The notes beneath the pieces were generated by a model. That model saw nothing but the letters and a program-made list of their open reading frames with translations, searched no databases and had not been told where the DNA came from. A DNA stretch of 60,000 nucleotides from Laetmonice hystrix (taxonomy: Eukaryota): NCBI GenBank assembly GCA_965235115.1, contig OZ249436.1:43960001-44020000 (forward strand), given 5' to 3'. The translations under genes and the position numbers were made by a program. Positions 12,099 through 24,961 of this stretch are shown in pieces (within the stretch, counting starts at the first letter, position 1; every line of letters starts with the position of its first letter).

Positions 12099-14289
12099 TT
12101 GTATGACTTGGTACGAAACGTACGGTGTTCTGAGTACGACATTGACTAGACCACAGAGACAGTGCCAGAAAACTGAGGCGAATCTAATTTGACGACCTTA
12201 CTTTATAAATAACTAGGTCAATCTAATAACCCTTAATTACCTCAGTGTTACCCTCAACCCTTTAAGCCTACAATTGCCTGTTATACGTTATCGAGTCGTA
12301 AGGATTAGTTTAGACTATAGCGTATCTCTATCAGGTACTACATACAGTTATCGGGGGAGGAGCTATTATAGATATCGACCTAAGCCTGATACCAATATGA
12401 TAAAACGGATATATCATCTATTTAAATTTGATTTTTAAAAACGGGTTTTTGATCGTGATTTGACCAGTGGTGGATCCAACGAGGGGCGGGGTTTCGGAGT
12501 CTAAAACCAGCCCGTTCACCCATTTTGTACCCCGTGTAACGAAATCCTGGACCCGCCCTATTTTATTATCTGTTCATCGACTACCACCGTCACAAGTCCC
12601 TTACCTCACCCCCATCACACCCCCCTGTGACCTGGGCTACAGGGTACGTCGCCAACACCCAATATAAGAACTGGTGCGAATCGTCTCAGTGGTGGGGGAA
12701 TGAGGCCAGTCATTGCCGATTCTATCATTTACCATCTGTAGATTCTGATCGTCTATCATGTGTACGGTATAGGCGTGGGAACGGGGGGGGGGGAATGGGC
12801 CAGTTATTTTTTGATAACAGAGATATGCCACTGCCGGGAGACCAAAAATCAGGAAAAGGAAAGTCACACTTAGCTTTGGGCTACAGGCCTCTGGATACTT
12901 GACATATTTTGAGGATATATTTAACTTATTTTGGACAGTTCGTATCTATTTCAGGGATTCCAATCATGACTGTATTATGTCCTATCCAGTGGCAGTAGTA
13001 ACGAGACAAAGGTTATCTGTTGATGGATATTTGATGAGGGCACTGCAGTAACAGGGGGGGATGGTGGGGCCCCGGGGTAGATTTTGCTAAGGGGGAGCAG
13101 AGGTAGAATTTGCTAAGGGAGGGGGATTAGCATAGTCAATTCAAGGGGAAAAAGAAAAATTGATTGCCGGGGGGGGGGGGGTTCGAACCCCCTGAACTGA
13201 CCCCCCTCCGGCGCCATGCCTCAGTCTACCCCCACCCCCAATGGAAATATGGTTCCCACGCCTATGATGTGTGCCAACACAAAATAGACCTATTCTCACT
13301 GGATATTACTAGATTATGATATACATGGATATCCTACAAAACCTTATCATTGGCAGTAATTTTCGACCTGTTATTAAATTGCGATTCTTTTAGAAGTTTA
13401 ATTAAAGGCCCTTTCCCCCGGAAGGAGTTAAGGAGTTAAGGAGTTAAGGAGACTTTCATAGCGCAACGCGCTGCCAGTTTCTTGAAGGAGGAAGATAAGA
13501 CCTACAAAACAAATGCTTTATTCGTTAATTTCTCATTCTTATCGCTATCGTCCCAATGCTGTGGTCTTTGAAAGGAAATCTCTTGATGGAAAGATCAAAA
13601 AGAGTGTAGTTAGAGCTGCCAGTGTGGACTGGATACACAAAGTCATGACAGAACGACAGTCCGAAGCCCAGAGAATGAAACGTTATGTAGGCCCACGATA
13701 ATGTATGCCAGGACCCTGCAGGAACGAGGCTGCTTGAACTCTGACCTGCCGTTCTACCGCCCAAAGGTGTCTTATTAACATGGTGTAAGTTACGTGGAGT
13801 AGTGCTCCACATCCTTCACGTAAATCCCTTGGATGGGTTCACCCGTTGTGTAGATATACCCGGGGGTGAGTAGGGAGAACTCTTAGGTTACTCATCACGT
13901 CACCCAGGTGTGGCGGTTCTTGTCTTCTACATGTGACTGGGTTAATGGCAACTTAGACTAATTGTGCTCCAACACGCTATCGTAGCAAGCAACCGGTCCG
14001 GGACAGGCCTGACGACGTTTTCAGGTCACCGGGAAGTTTAAACCGAATCGATATTTTTTATTTCCGCCTCGAACGGACCAATAGATGCTCGTCTCGGCTG
14101 GAGTGAAGCCAGTTTGCCAAAACGATGCCCGTCTCGCCTGATGGAGTGAAGCCAGTTTGTCAAAACCAAAGAAACAACCACTATAGTTCTAAAAACGTTT
14201 GTGATGTTTCTGACGTCATTTTAAACACTTAAAGACCCAATATATATATTAATCTGAATTTTGAGGAGTGCCCCATGACATTGACATGG

Positions 14290-14620
14290 AGGTAACCTTT
14301 GGTGTTAATTAGGCCTACGCCATCTATGACCATGCCCCTTTAGTACAGGTATTACAGTTTGTAAACGACCTGTAATTATCATGTAGCATTCGATCTCACA
14401 GGTAACCTTTGGTGTTAATTACACTATCTATGACCATGCCCCTTTGGTACAGGTGTTGCAGTTCGTAAACGACCTGTAATTATCATGTAGCATCCAATCT
14501 CACAGGTAACTTTTGGTGGTAATTACACCATCTATGACCATGCCCCTTTGGTACAGGTGTTGCAGTTCGTAAACGACCTGTAATTATGTATACATGTAGC
14601 ATTCAACCTCACAGGTAAAC
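14290..14620. repeat. ~112-bp tandem repeat, ~3 diverged copies
   Basis: aggtaacctttggtgttaatt...ctatgaccatgcccctt...gtaaacgacctgtaattat...ctcac recurs three times. Confidence 0.85.
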
Positions 14621-14865
14621 ATACCTGAGATGAGATGAAAGTTTCCCGCCTTTTTACGGTTTAACAAACCGGAAAAGGCCGAATAATTAGTGACTTGAAC
14701 CCCTGCCGGCTCCAAGGATGACACCCATCGACACGCATGGCTGATTCTCCGGGGTGGGGGTGTGGGGGTGTGGGGGTGGGGGGGGGGGGGTGGGGGGGGG
14801 GGGGCAAGAACCATTTCCAAGACAGGAAGGACATACACAGACATTGGTTTTAGCTGGTCATGAGA

Positions 14866-15366
14866 ATACCTTAATCTCCAACTTACCTGTCCTATTCCCC
14901 ACTTACCTGTCATATCTCCCACTTACCTGTCCTATCCCCTACTTACCTGTCCTATTCCCCACTTACCTGTCCTATCCCCCACTTACCTGTCCTATCCCCA
15001 CTTACCTGGCCTATCCCCCACTTACCTGTCCTATCCCCCACTTACCTGTCCTATTCCCCACTTACCTGTCCTATCCCCCACTTACCTGTCCTATTCCCCA
15101 CTTACCTGTCCTATCCCCACTTACCTGTCCTATCCCCCACTTACCTGTCCTATCCCCCACTTACCTGTCCTATTCCCCACTTACCTGTCCTATCCCCCAC
15201 TTACCTGTCCTATTCCCTAGCGCATGAAATTTCAAATTTCAAACAGCTCAGCATGTCCTATTCAAAATGTGACAGATACACGACCTGGTTTTGATAGGGC
15301 TGTTCTGTTAACGGTTGTTACCCCCATCCACTGGGAATAGGACAGGTAGGTGAGGGATTTAGGTAT
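14866..15366. mobile_element. Putative MITE whose left inverted repeat has been amplified into the 20-bp array
   Basis: Left ataccttaatctccaacttacctgtcctattccc is an imperfect inverted copy of right gggaataggacaggtaggtgagggatttaggtat. Confidence 0.5.
14880..15217. repeat. 20-bp minisatellite (acttacctgtcctatYcccc), ~17 copies
   Basis: Direct repeats; reverse complement contains CAGGTAAGT. Confidence 0.95.
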
Positions 15367-17964
15367 ACAAAGGCTGACATATAGCAAATAGGCTATACCC
15401 GCCATCTGAGTTTTTTCTCTTCTATTTTCTCATGCAAGATGATGATTTATTGTGAGCAAAGAAAAAGTTGATGCATGTGTGCAGATTTTTGAGACACAGG
15501 TCCGAATTCCTTGTGGTCAGTTTGATGCGTGACACAGGTCTGAATTCCTTGTGGTCAGTTTAATGCGTGACACACCGGCCGAGAGGGTGAGATGATTAGT
15601 ATATGTACTTCTTGTCTGGCTATCCTTACGGGTCAAATGTCTTTGTAAAGTGCATTTTGAAGTTTCAGGTCATTTTCACAAAGAAAGAGGGAGAAAAACA
15701 GACGTGGCTGATGCATGTGATAGTTAAACCACATCAGTTAAACTATAGATTCAAACAGAACAAAAGTCTGTAACAGGGACATTCTGAGCGGTCTCGTGAT
15801 TCACAGGCAAACTGACGAGTCCTAGAGGGACCGACATGAATGGAACGTCTTCAGTAGGGGGCAATAACTGAACTTTACATGACATGGAACTATTTGTTAA
15901 AGACGAGACACTTTAAAACAAAGTATACAGAACTAAGAGTAATGGTTTGTGTCTCTGTGTCTGTGGACATGCCCCCAGCGTACCCCACGGATCACACCAC
16001 GTTAGCCTTTCAGGTCGCTATGTATTTTTTACACGCGCAAGGCGACGCGAAATTCTGTGAAAGAACTTCATGGTAACCTTGAAGAACCTTTCGGGAAAAC
16101 GTCAAGGTTGAAAAAATAATATATCTTTTTAGGTGTACCCCTAATGTCAGAGGTCGAATAAAAATAGAATTGGAGGGGATATGACCTTTTAGAAGACGTT
16201 TTCCAGGGAGAATGTCCTTGGAATGGCACAGCCTTTCTTTTTCCTAATATTGTTTTCTGGTTTGACCCACTTCTGTGCTGGACGCCATTTTTGTCAATCT
16301 TTTCAGGTGGATCCCTTCCCTCCTTAGCCCAGATTTACTTTGAACTATACTCTTGCTGGCGTCGATGTGGATCGTTCAACCCACTGATCCATCTCCTCCC
16401 ATGCCCTCGTTAGGTGGAGGTAACGAGTATAATTTGTATGACCCCATCCCCTCACCCCTCGGTACACACCAGGGGCGTAGCTTGGCTGCAATAAACGTGT
16501 AGGCACTTTTTGAAGGTAGGCCGGGGGGGGGGTCTGGGGGCATTCTGTGTTGGCACATGGCTGTCAACCCGGCTATGATTAATTAAATTTTACACATACC
16601 CTAGACCTATAACCGCCATCTCGTCTCTTTTTCTTTTTTTTTTTGACATTTTTTTTTCATTTCCGCACCTGCACAACCCCACCCCTCACCCCACTTTCCC
16701 ACCCCTCACCCCACTTTCCCATCCCTCGCCCCACTTCCCTATCGAAATCCTTGATCTCTTGAAATCATTAGGCTGCGTCCGGCCATCTTTTGTTTTGATT
16801 CGCCTGAAGCTCAGTCCCTAATGAAGGTTTCACGTTTCATTTCCAATAATTTTTCAACTGAATAAAGTTTGTTGAGACATAAGATCCTTCTTAGTATCCG
16901 CATATACAGTTGACATTGAACAACATCGAGGCAGGTCATTAGAGTATATAAAGTGGATCTGCGCGTTTCAGCCCGATCGCACTGAGACGCGGGAATGGCG
17001 TCTCTACACGTAAACAATCCCATCATGCATTTTGGTACTGCATTGCTCTCTCTCACTGCAGTGGAAAAAGTGACCCAAGAACAGAATAATAATCAACCAC
17101 TCGGGGATCACGTCAGCCACGGAATCCAGACGACATCCGTGAACGACCCTCACCCGAACGTTAAAGTTTTCATAATCCAATAGTATTTCCTTGGTTCCTC
17201 GCGAGGGTTTCAATGCTTATCAAAGTATTAACCACACCAAGCTTTTAAATAACTACAAAACCATCGATAAAAGGAAGGAGCGGCAACTAAACTACACAGC
17301 TCACGCAGCTCTTCATGTGTGACAATGTGTGACTTAGGTTCAGCTCCATGTAACGAGGATTCACCCAGGAACCCGCCATATCGAACACCCATCGCAGCGT
17401 TAGAACAAAACGAGCAAATGTCTAATTCACACGATGTAACAATTGCCAAATTCTCTGCAGAAGAGCAAGAAAAACTTTATTATTATTGTTCTGTACCTAC
17501 CGGACGTCGTCTCCGCTTGTACCAAAAGGCCTTCATGAAGAGCATAACAAATTGTAACCTTCGGGTCGACATTGTTTTAGGCATTATGAGTTGTCTTTGT
17601 GTGTGAATGTAATCCCTTAATGATGCACTCTCCTCTCCGTGCCCTGAGATTAGCTCCTTGGTGTCACATAATCCGGTTATCTTGATGACTTTTCGAACTT
17701 TCGTTTACACTCATCTGTGTCGTCATAAGACCTGTCCTAACGCTGGCCCATGTAATTCGGATCTGAGAAGCTGCTGTACACTGCTTCACCAGGGGCAGCG
17801 ATTGCTTGGCGTGAAATGGGTCGACACAAGCCTTAAGACGGGCTCATTGTCAGGCAGCGAGCGGACCGACTCCCCCAGTGGGGGCCTTGTGTCGTCCAAG
17901 CGGAACATTACTTGGTGGATATCACTATATTTCCACGCGGGTCACATGATGTTGATACTTTGCA

Positions 17965-20900
17965 AGTGAAATCAGACGGGACACATTGCAGTGGTAAATC
18001 AGTGAAATCAGACGGGACACATTCCAGTGGTAAATCAGTGAAATCAGACGGGACACATTCCAGTGGTAAATCAGTGAAATCAGACGGGACACATTGCAGT
18101 GGTAAATCAGTGAAATCAGACGGGACACATTCCAGTGGTAAATCAGTGAAATCAGACGGGACACATTCCACTGGTAAATCAGCGAAATCAGACGGGACAC
18201 ATTCCAGTGGTAAATCAGTGAAATCAGACGGGACACATTAGTGAAATCAGACGGGACACATTCCAGTGGTAAATCAGTGAAATCAGACGGGACACATTCC
18301 AGTGGTAAATCAGTGAAATCAGATGGGACACATTCCAGTGGTAAATCAGTGAAATCAGACGGGACACATTCCAGTGGTAAATCAGTGAAATCAGACGGGA
18401 CACATTCCAGTGGTAAATCAGTGAAATCAGACGGGACACATTCCAGTGGTAAATCAGTGAAATCAGACGGGACACATTCCAGTGGTAAATCAGTGAAATC
18501 AGACGGGACACATTCCAGTGGTAAATCAGTGAAATCAGACGGGACACGTTCCAGTGGTAAATCAGGGAAATCAGACGGGACACATTCCAGTGGTAAATCA
18601 GTGAAATCAGACGGGACACATTCCAATGGTAAATCAGTGAAATCAGACGGGACACATTCCAGTGGTAAATCAGTGAAATCAGACGGGACACATTCCAGTG
18701 GTAAATCAGGGAAATCAGACGGGACACATTCCAGTGGTAAATCAGTGAAATCAGACGGGACACGTTCCAGTGGTAAATCAGTGAAATCAGACGGGACACG
18801 TTCCAGTGGTAAATCAGTGAAATCAGACGGGACACATTCCAGTGGTAAATCAGTGAAATCAGACGGGACACATTCCAGTGGTAAATAAGTGAAATCAGAC
18901 GGGACACATTCCAGTGGTAAATCAGTGAAATCAGACGGGACACATTCCAGTGGTAAATCAGGGAAATCAGACGGGACACATTCCAGTGGTAAATAAGTGA
19001 AATCAGACGGGACACATTCCAGTGGTAAATCAGTGAAATCAGGCTGGACACATTCCAGTGGTAAATCAGTGAAATCAGACGGGACACATTCCAGTGGTAA
19101 ATCAGTGAAATCAGACGGGACACGTTCCAGTGGTAAATCAGTGAAATCAGACGGGACACATTCTAGTGGTAAATCAGTGAAATCAGACGGGACACTTTCC
19201 AGTGGTAAATCAGTGAAATCAGACGGGACACATTCCAGTGGTAAATCAGTGAAATCAGACGGGACACATTCCAGTGGTAAATGAAATCAGACGGGACACA
19301 TTCCAGTGGTAAATCAGGGAAATCAGACGGGACACATTAGTGAAATCAGACGGGACACATTCCAGTGGTAAATCAGTGAAATCAGACGGGACACATTCCA
19401 GTGGTAAATCAGTGAAATCAGACGGGACACATTCCAGTGGTAAATCAGTGAAATCAGACGGGACACATTCCAGTGGTAAATGAAATCAGACGGGACACAT
19501 TCCAGTGGTAAATCAGTGAAATCAGGCGGGACACATTCCAGTGGTAAATCAGTGAAATCAGACGGGACACGTTCCAGTGGTAAATCAGTGAAATCAGACG
19601 GGACACATTCCAGTGATAAATCAGTGAAATCAGACGGGACACGTTCCAGTGGTAAATCAGTGAAATCAGACGGGACACATTCCAGTGGTAAATCAGTGAA
19701 ATCAGACGGGACACATTCCAGTGGTAAATCAGACGGGACACATTCCAGTGGTAAATCAGTGAAATCAGACGGGACACATTCCAGTGGTAAATCAGTGAAA
19801 TCAGACGGGACACATTCCAGTGGTAAATAAGTGAAATCAGACGGGACACATTCCAGTGGTAAATAAGTGAAATTAGACGGGACACATTCCAGTGGTAAAT
19901 AAGTGAAATCAGACGGGACACATTCCAGTGGTAAATCAGCGAAATCAGACGGGACACATTCCAGTGGTAAATCAGTGAAATCAGACGGGACACATTCCAA
20001 TGGTAAATCAGCGAAATCAGACGGGACACATTAGTGAAATCAGACGGGACACATTCCAGTGGTAAATCAGTGAAATCAGACGGGACACATTAGTGAAATC
20101 AGACGGGACACATTCCAGTGGTAAATAAGTGAAATCAGACGGGACACATTCCAGTGGTAAATCAGTGAAATCAGACGGGACACATTCCAGTGGTAAATCA
20201 GTGAAATCAGACGGGACACGTTTCAGTGGTAAATCAGTGAAATCAGACGGGACACGTTTCAGTGGTAAATCAGTGAAATCAGACGGGACACATTCCAGTG
20301 GTAAATCAGTGAAATCAGACGGGACACATTCCAGTGGTAAATCAGTGAAATCAGACGGGACACATTCCAGTGGTAAATCAGTGAAATCAGACGGGACACA
20401 TTCCAGTGGTAAATCAGGGAAATCAGACGGGACACATTCCAGTGGTAAATCAGTGAAATCAGACGGGACACGTTCCAGTGGTAAATCAGTGAAATCAGAC
20501 GGGACACATTCTAGTGGTAAATCAGTGAAATCAGACGGGACACATTCCAGTGGTAAATCAGTGAATTCAGACGGGACACATTCCAGTGGTAAATCAGTGA
20601 AATCAGACGGGACACATTCCAGTGGTAAATCAGTGAAATCAGACGGGACACATTCCAGTGGTAAATCAGTGAAATCAGACGGGACACGTTCCAGTGGTAA
20701 ATCAGTGAAATCAGACGGGACACATTCCAGTGGTAAATCAGTGAAATCAGACGGGACACGTTCCAGTGGTAAATCAGTGAAATCAGACGGGACACATTCC
20801 AGTGGTAAATCAGTGAAATCAGACGGGACACATTCCAGTGGTAAATCAGTGAAATCAGACGGGACACATTCCAGTGGTAAATCAGGGAAAACAGACGGGA

Positions 20901-21641
20901 CACATTCCAGTGGTAAATCAGACGGGACACATTCCAGTGGTAAATCAGCGAAATCAGACGGGACACATTCCAGTGGTAAATCAGTGAAATCAGACGGGAC
21001 ACATTCCAGTGGTAAATCAGTGAAATCAGACGGGACACATTCCAGTGGTAAATCAGTGAAATCAGACGGGACACATTCCTGTGGTAAATCAGACGGGACA
21101 CATTCCAGTGGTAAATCAGTGAAATCAGACGGGACACATTCCAGTGGTAAATCAGTGAAATCAGACGGGACACATTCCAGTGGTAAATAAGTGAAATTAG
21201 ACGGGACACATTCCAGTGGTAAATCAGTGAAATCAGACGGGACACATTCCAGTGGTAAATCAGTGAAATCAGACGGGACACATTCCTGTGGTAAATCAGA
21301 CGGGACACATTCCAGTGGTAAATCAGTGAAATCAGACGGGACACATTCCAGTGGTAAATCAGTGAAATCAGACGGGACACATTCCAGTGGTAAATAAGTG
21401 AAATCAGACGGGACACATTCCTGTGGTAAATCAGACGGGACACATTCCAGTGGTAAATCAGTGAAATCAGACGGGACACATTCCAGTGGTAAATCAGTGA
21501 AATCAGACGGGACACATTCCAGTGGTAAATCAGTGAAATTAGACGGGACACACTCCAGTGGTAAATCAGTGAAATCAGACGGGACACGTTCCAGTGGTAA
21601 ATCAGTGAAATCAGACGGGACACATTCCAGTGGTAAATCAG
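17965..21641. repeat. 36-bp minisatellite, ~100 copies
   Basis: Unit gtgaaatcagacgggacacattccagtggtaaatca; source of the KSDGTHSSGKSV / LECVPSDFTDLP / NVSRLISLIYHW ORFs. Confidence 0.98.
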
Positions 21642-21902
21642 GAACCTTTGCCAAATTTACACGTTATCATTTTGCTAGTGTTATCGTTCACTGCACAAAT
21701 TGGTATGTCAAAAATAAAAATTGGCGACATGCACAGGGGTGCCTGAATGAAAATATTCACGTCTGCTTTCCCCCAGCCTCTGAAGTGACCACTTTGAACC
21801 CCACTTTTGCCCCTTAGACCTCCACCTGTCGCAAATTCTGGCCCCGCCTCTGAAGGTCGTGTTGGCTGAAGTCTCTTCAGCTCCTTGTTCTTACTCTAAA
21901 AA

Positions 21903-22585
21903 AACTCTCTCCTGACACCAACGGGTCAGGCCTATTGTCTGTCGTTTCACCATCCACGCCTGGCGAGGGTTCTGGTATTGTTTAACTCTCTCCTGACACC
22001 AACGGGTCAGGCCTATTGTCTGTCGTTTCACCATCCACGCCTGGCGAGGGTTCTGGTATTGTTTAACTCTCTCCTGACACCAACGGGTCAGGCCCTATTG
22101 TCTGTCGTTTCACCATCCACGCCTGGCGAGGGTTCTGGTATTGTTTAACTCTCTCCTGACACCAACGGGTCAGGCCCTATTGTCTTTCGTTTTACCATCC
22201 ACGCCTGGCGAGGGTTCTGGTATTGTTTAACTCTCTCCTGACACCAACGGGTCAGGCCCTGTTGTCTTTCGTTTCACCATCCACGCCTGGCGAGGGTTCT
22301 GGTATTGTTTAACTCTCTCCTGACACCAACGGGTCAGGCCCTGTTGTCTTTCGTTTCACCATCCACGCCTGGCGAAGGTTCTGGTATTGTTTAACTCTCT
22401 CCTGACACCAACGGGTCAGGCCCTGTTGTCTTTAGTTTCACCATCCACGCCTGGCGAAGGTTCTGGTATTGTTTAACTCTCTCCTGACACCAACGGGTCA
22501 GGCCCCATTGTCTTTAGTTTCACCATCCACGCCTGGCGAAGGTTCTGGTATTGTTTAACTCTCTCCTGACACCAACGGGTCAGGC
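21903..22585. repeat. 81-82-bp minisatellite, ~8 copies
   Basis: Unit aactctctcctgacaccaacgggtcaggccctattgtctgtcgtttcaccatccacgcctggcgagggttctggtattgttt. Confidence 0.95.
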
Positions 22586-23360
22586 AGCCAGAAAGGCTGT
22601 TTTTTTCTGGCTGAAAATTTTGCAAAAACAAAAATCAACACTTTCCCTGGCAATATGGTTAGAAGTCTTATTCCTACGAGCGCCACAGTGATACTAAGGA
22701 CTCTAAAACACTAAAACATATTTGTGAAACAAAAAGAAATATAAGATAAAAACATATTTTAAAAAGGGGGTTTCGCGTTTTTTGTAAAGAATAAAGAGAA
22801 AAAGTCATGAGACACTACTTTTTGAGATATAGCCTCTAGACTTGGTAGCTTTGCTAGAAATTTTAATTAGTGTACCATACTGCCAGTGATCCATGTGATT
22901 CAGTTAGCCTGTGGTAAAGTGGCTCCCGCCGAGGGCGCATGTAGAACCATAGGTTTAGGTTAGTCTCCCCATTCTTTTTGAAAGAAGTTTTGTTCCTCAT
23001 CTTTCCTCGCTAGTGACAATGACCGGCGGAATGAGCGATAATAGGGGTTCTGAACGACTACCGACCTTTCCTGAAAACGCCAACTAACTTCGGTTTGACA
23101 ACAATGATAATTAATTGTGATTCCTTTCCCTATTGTTCGACATGGTTTTTATTAAATACACTCACATCATTTCTTGATGATAATGACAATTTATGATGGG
23201 TAGTACAGATGATAATGAGATAATAATTGTACTGGAAATCTACAACCTATTAACCAAAAGCAATTAGAAGACAGACGAAAAGAAAAAATTAGAAAGAGAG
23301 AATGAAAGTAAGTAAGGCTGAGAAAGCAAAGAGAAATAACGAAATAAAGGAAGAACTTAC

Positions 23361-23429
23361 CAGACTTCGGCGTCGTCGGAGAAGTTTTTGCCAGAGCAGC
23401 ATATGAAACTGACGAAGTAGTTTCCCCAT
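23361..23429 (-). CDS. ABCA: ABCA-subfamily ABC transporter, first coding exon (exon 23470-23361 including 41 nt of 5' UTR)
   Basis: Minus strand reads ttttgttttcag|ACAAG...ACCAAG ATG GGG AAA...AGT CTG|gtaagt; 23 codons MGKLLRQFHMLLWQKLLRRRRSL, resembling the ABCA N-terminus (xQLxLLLWKNxxxxxR) with a phase-0 intron 10 residues after the Trp. Symbol is family-level only. Confidence 0.85.
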
Positions 23430-24285
23430 CTTGGTCTGTTATGTGTTGCCTGATGTCTCGTTACACTTGTCTGAAAACAAAACGGAGAACTTAATATTCA
23501 AAGTAACGAATTCCGTCCTCAGACAGTCTCTCAGTTAAAACGTCGTTTTCAAGAGAAATAAAATTATGTTTGACAATCGGAAATACTAACATGTATCTTA
23601 AATAGTTGAAGTAATATTATATTTAAAGTACAATTTGACACTCTGTATCTCATCAGGGCGGTATTTCATGAGTCACCAATAGTTTCCAGGTAGAGGTCAA
23701 CTGAAGGTTATACAGTTTGGACTAAAGCAAGCACCAAGGCAATGGCACACACTTGAACCCCATGGGGCACTCAGACAGGTCTCACAGCTATAGAACGAGT
23801 TTGTTCGACCGCTGTTTGGCGATGTCCGGCCTGCTAGACGGTCGTTAACTGATGTTTCGTGCCACGTATGACAGATTGTTACTGTAATCACCTTTTGCCG
23901 GGAACCAAACATGACCTGTGCTGCCCGTAATTTTGAAACAGTAACATTAGAGGTGGATATATTCCCGGCACTATACATTAAGTCTTTTCCTGGTTTATAT
24001 TGAAAAACAGGAAAGTCACTGAAGACTACGGAGGTGCATGGATCCAGGATATTATTTAAGAGTGGAGGGACAGACTTTTTAATAAAAGGCATTCATTAAA
24101 ACTAATCTCTAAATTCTTACTTAGAGTTCTTTAACGTGATATAACGATGAAGAATCTCGTCAGGAGTATAGCGAATGGTATGCCACTGTACGGTTAGTCC
24201 TTCCAGCAGCATTGCCAGTGCTCTGCAACTTCGTCATCAAAAACCTTGGTTTGTCTAAGCGATGAACATATCAGAGAACTCTTTT

Positions 24286-24961
24286 CGTTACTCCCCAAGG
24301 TGTACAGATCGTTACTTCCCAAGGTGTACAGGTCGTTACTTCCCAAGGTGTACAGGTCGTTACTTCCCAAGGTGTACAGGTCGTTACTTCCCAAGGTCGG
24401 GCATCGGGCAATACTTTCCGACCAGATGTACAGGTCGGGCAATACTCCCCGACCAGATACATGTACAGGTCGGGCAATACTCCCCGACCAGATGTACAGG
24501 TCGGGCAATACTCCCCGACCAGATGTACAGGTCGGGCAATACTCCCCGACCAGATGTACGGGTCGGGCAATACTCCCCGACCAGATGTACAGGTCGGGCA
24601 ATACTCCCCGACCAGATGTACGGGTCGGGCAATACTCCCCGACCAGATGTACAGGTCGGGCAATACTCCCCGACCAGATGTACAGGTCGGGCAATACTCC
24701 CCGACCAGATGTACAGGTCGGGCAATACTCCCCGACCAGATGTACGGGTCGGGCAATACTCCCCGACCAGATGTACAGGTCGGGCAATACTCCCCGACCA
24801 GATGTACGGGTCGGGCAATACTCCCCGACCAGATGTACAGGTCGGGCAATACTCCCCGACCAGATGTACAGGTCGGGCAATACTCCCGACCAGATGTACA
24901 GGTCGGGCAATACTCCCCGACCAGATGTACAGGTCGGGCAATACTCCCCGACCAGATGTAC
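24286..24961. repeat. Compound minisatellite: 24-bp units (24286-24396) then 31-bp units (24405-24961)
   Basis: cgttacttcccaaggtgtacaggt x~4.5 then tcgggcaatactccccgaccagatgtacagg x~18. Confidence 0.95.

Noticed and set aside
17908..21817. Long ORFs up to 545 aa
   Set aside because: By-products of a 36-bp unit; broken by stops and frameshifting deletions; intronic.
24405..24961. CRISPR-like palindromic 31-bp repeats
   Set aside because: Head-to-tail with no spacers, no cas genes, eukaryotic context.
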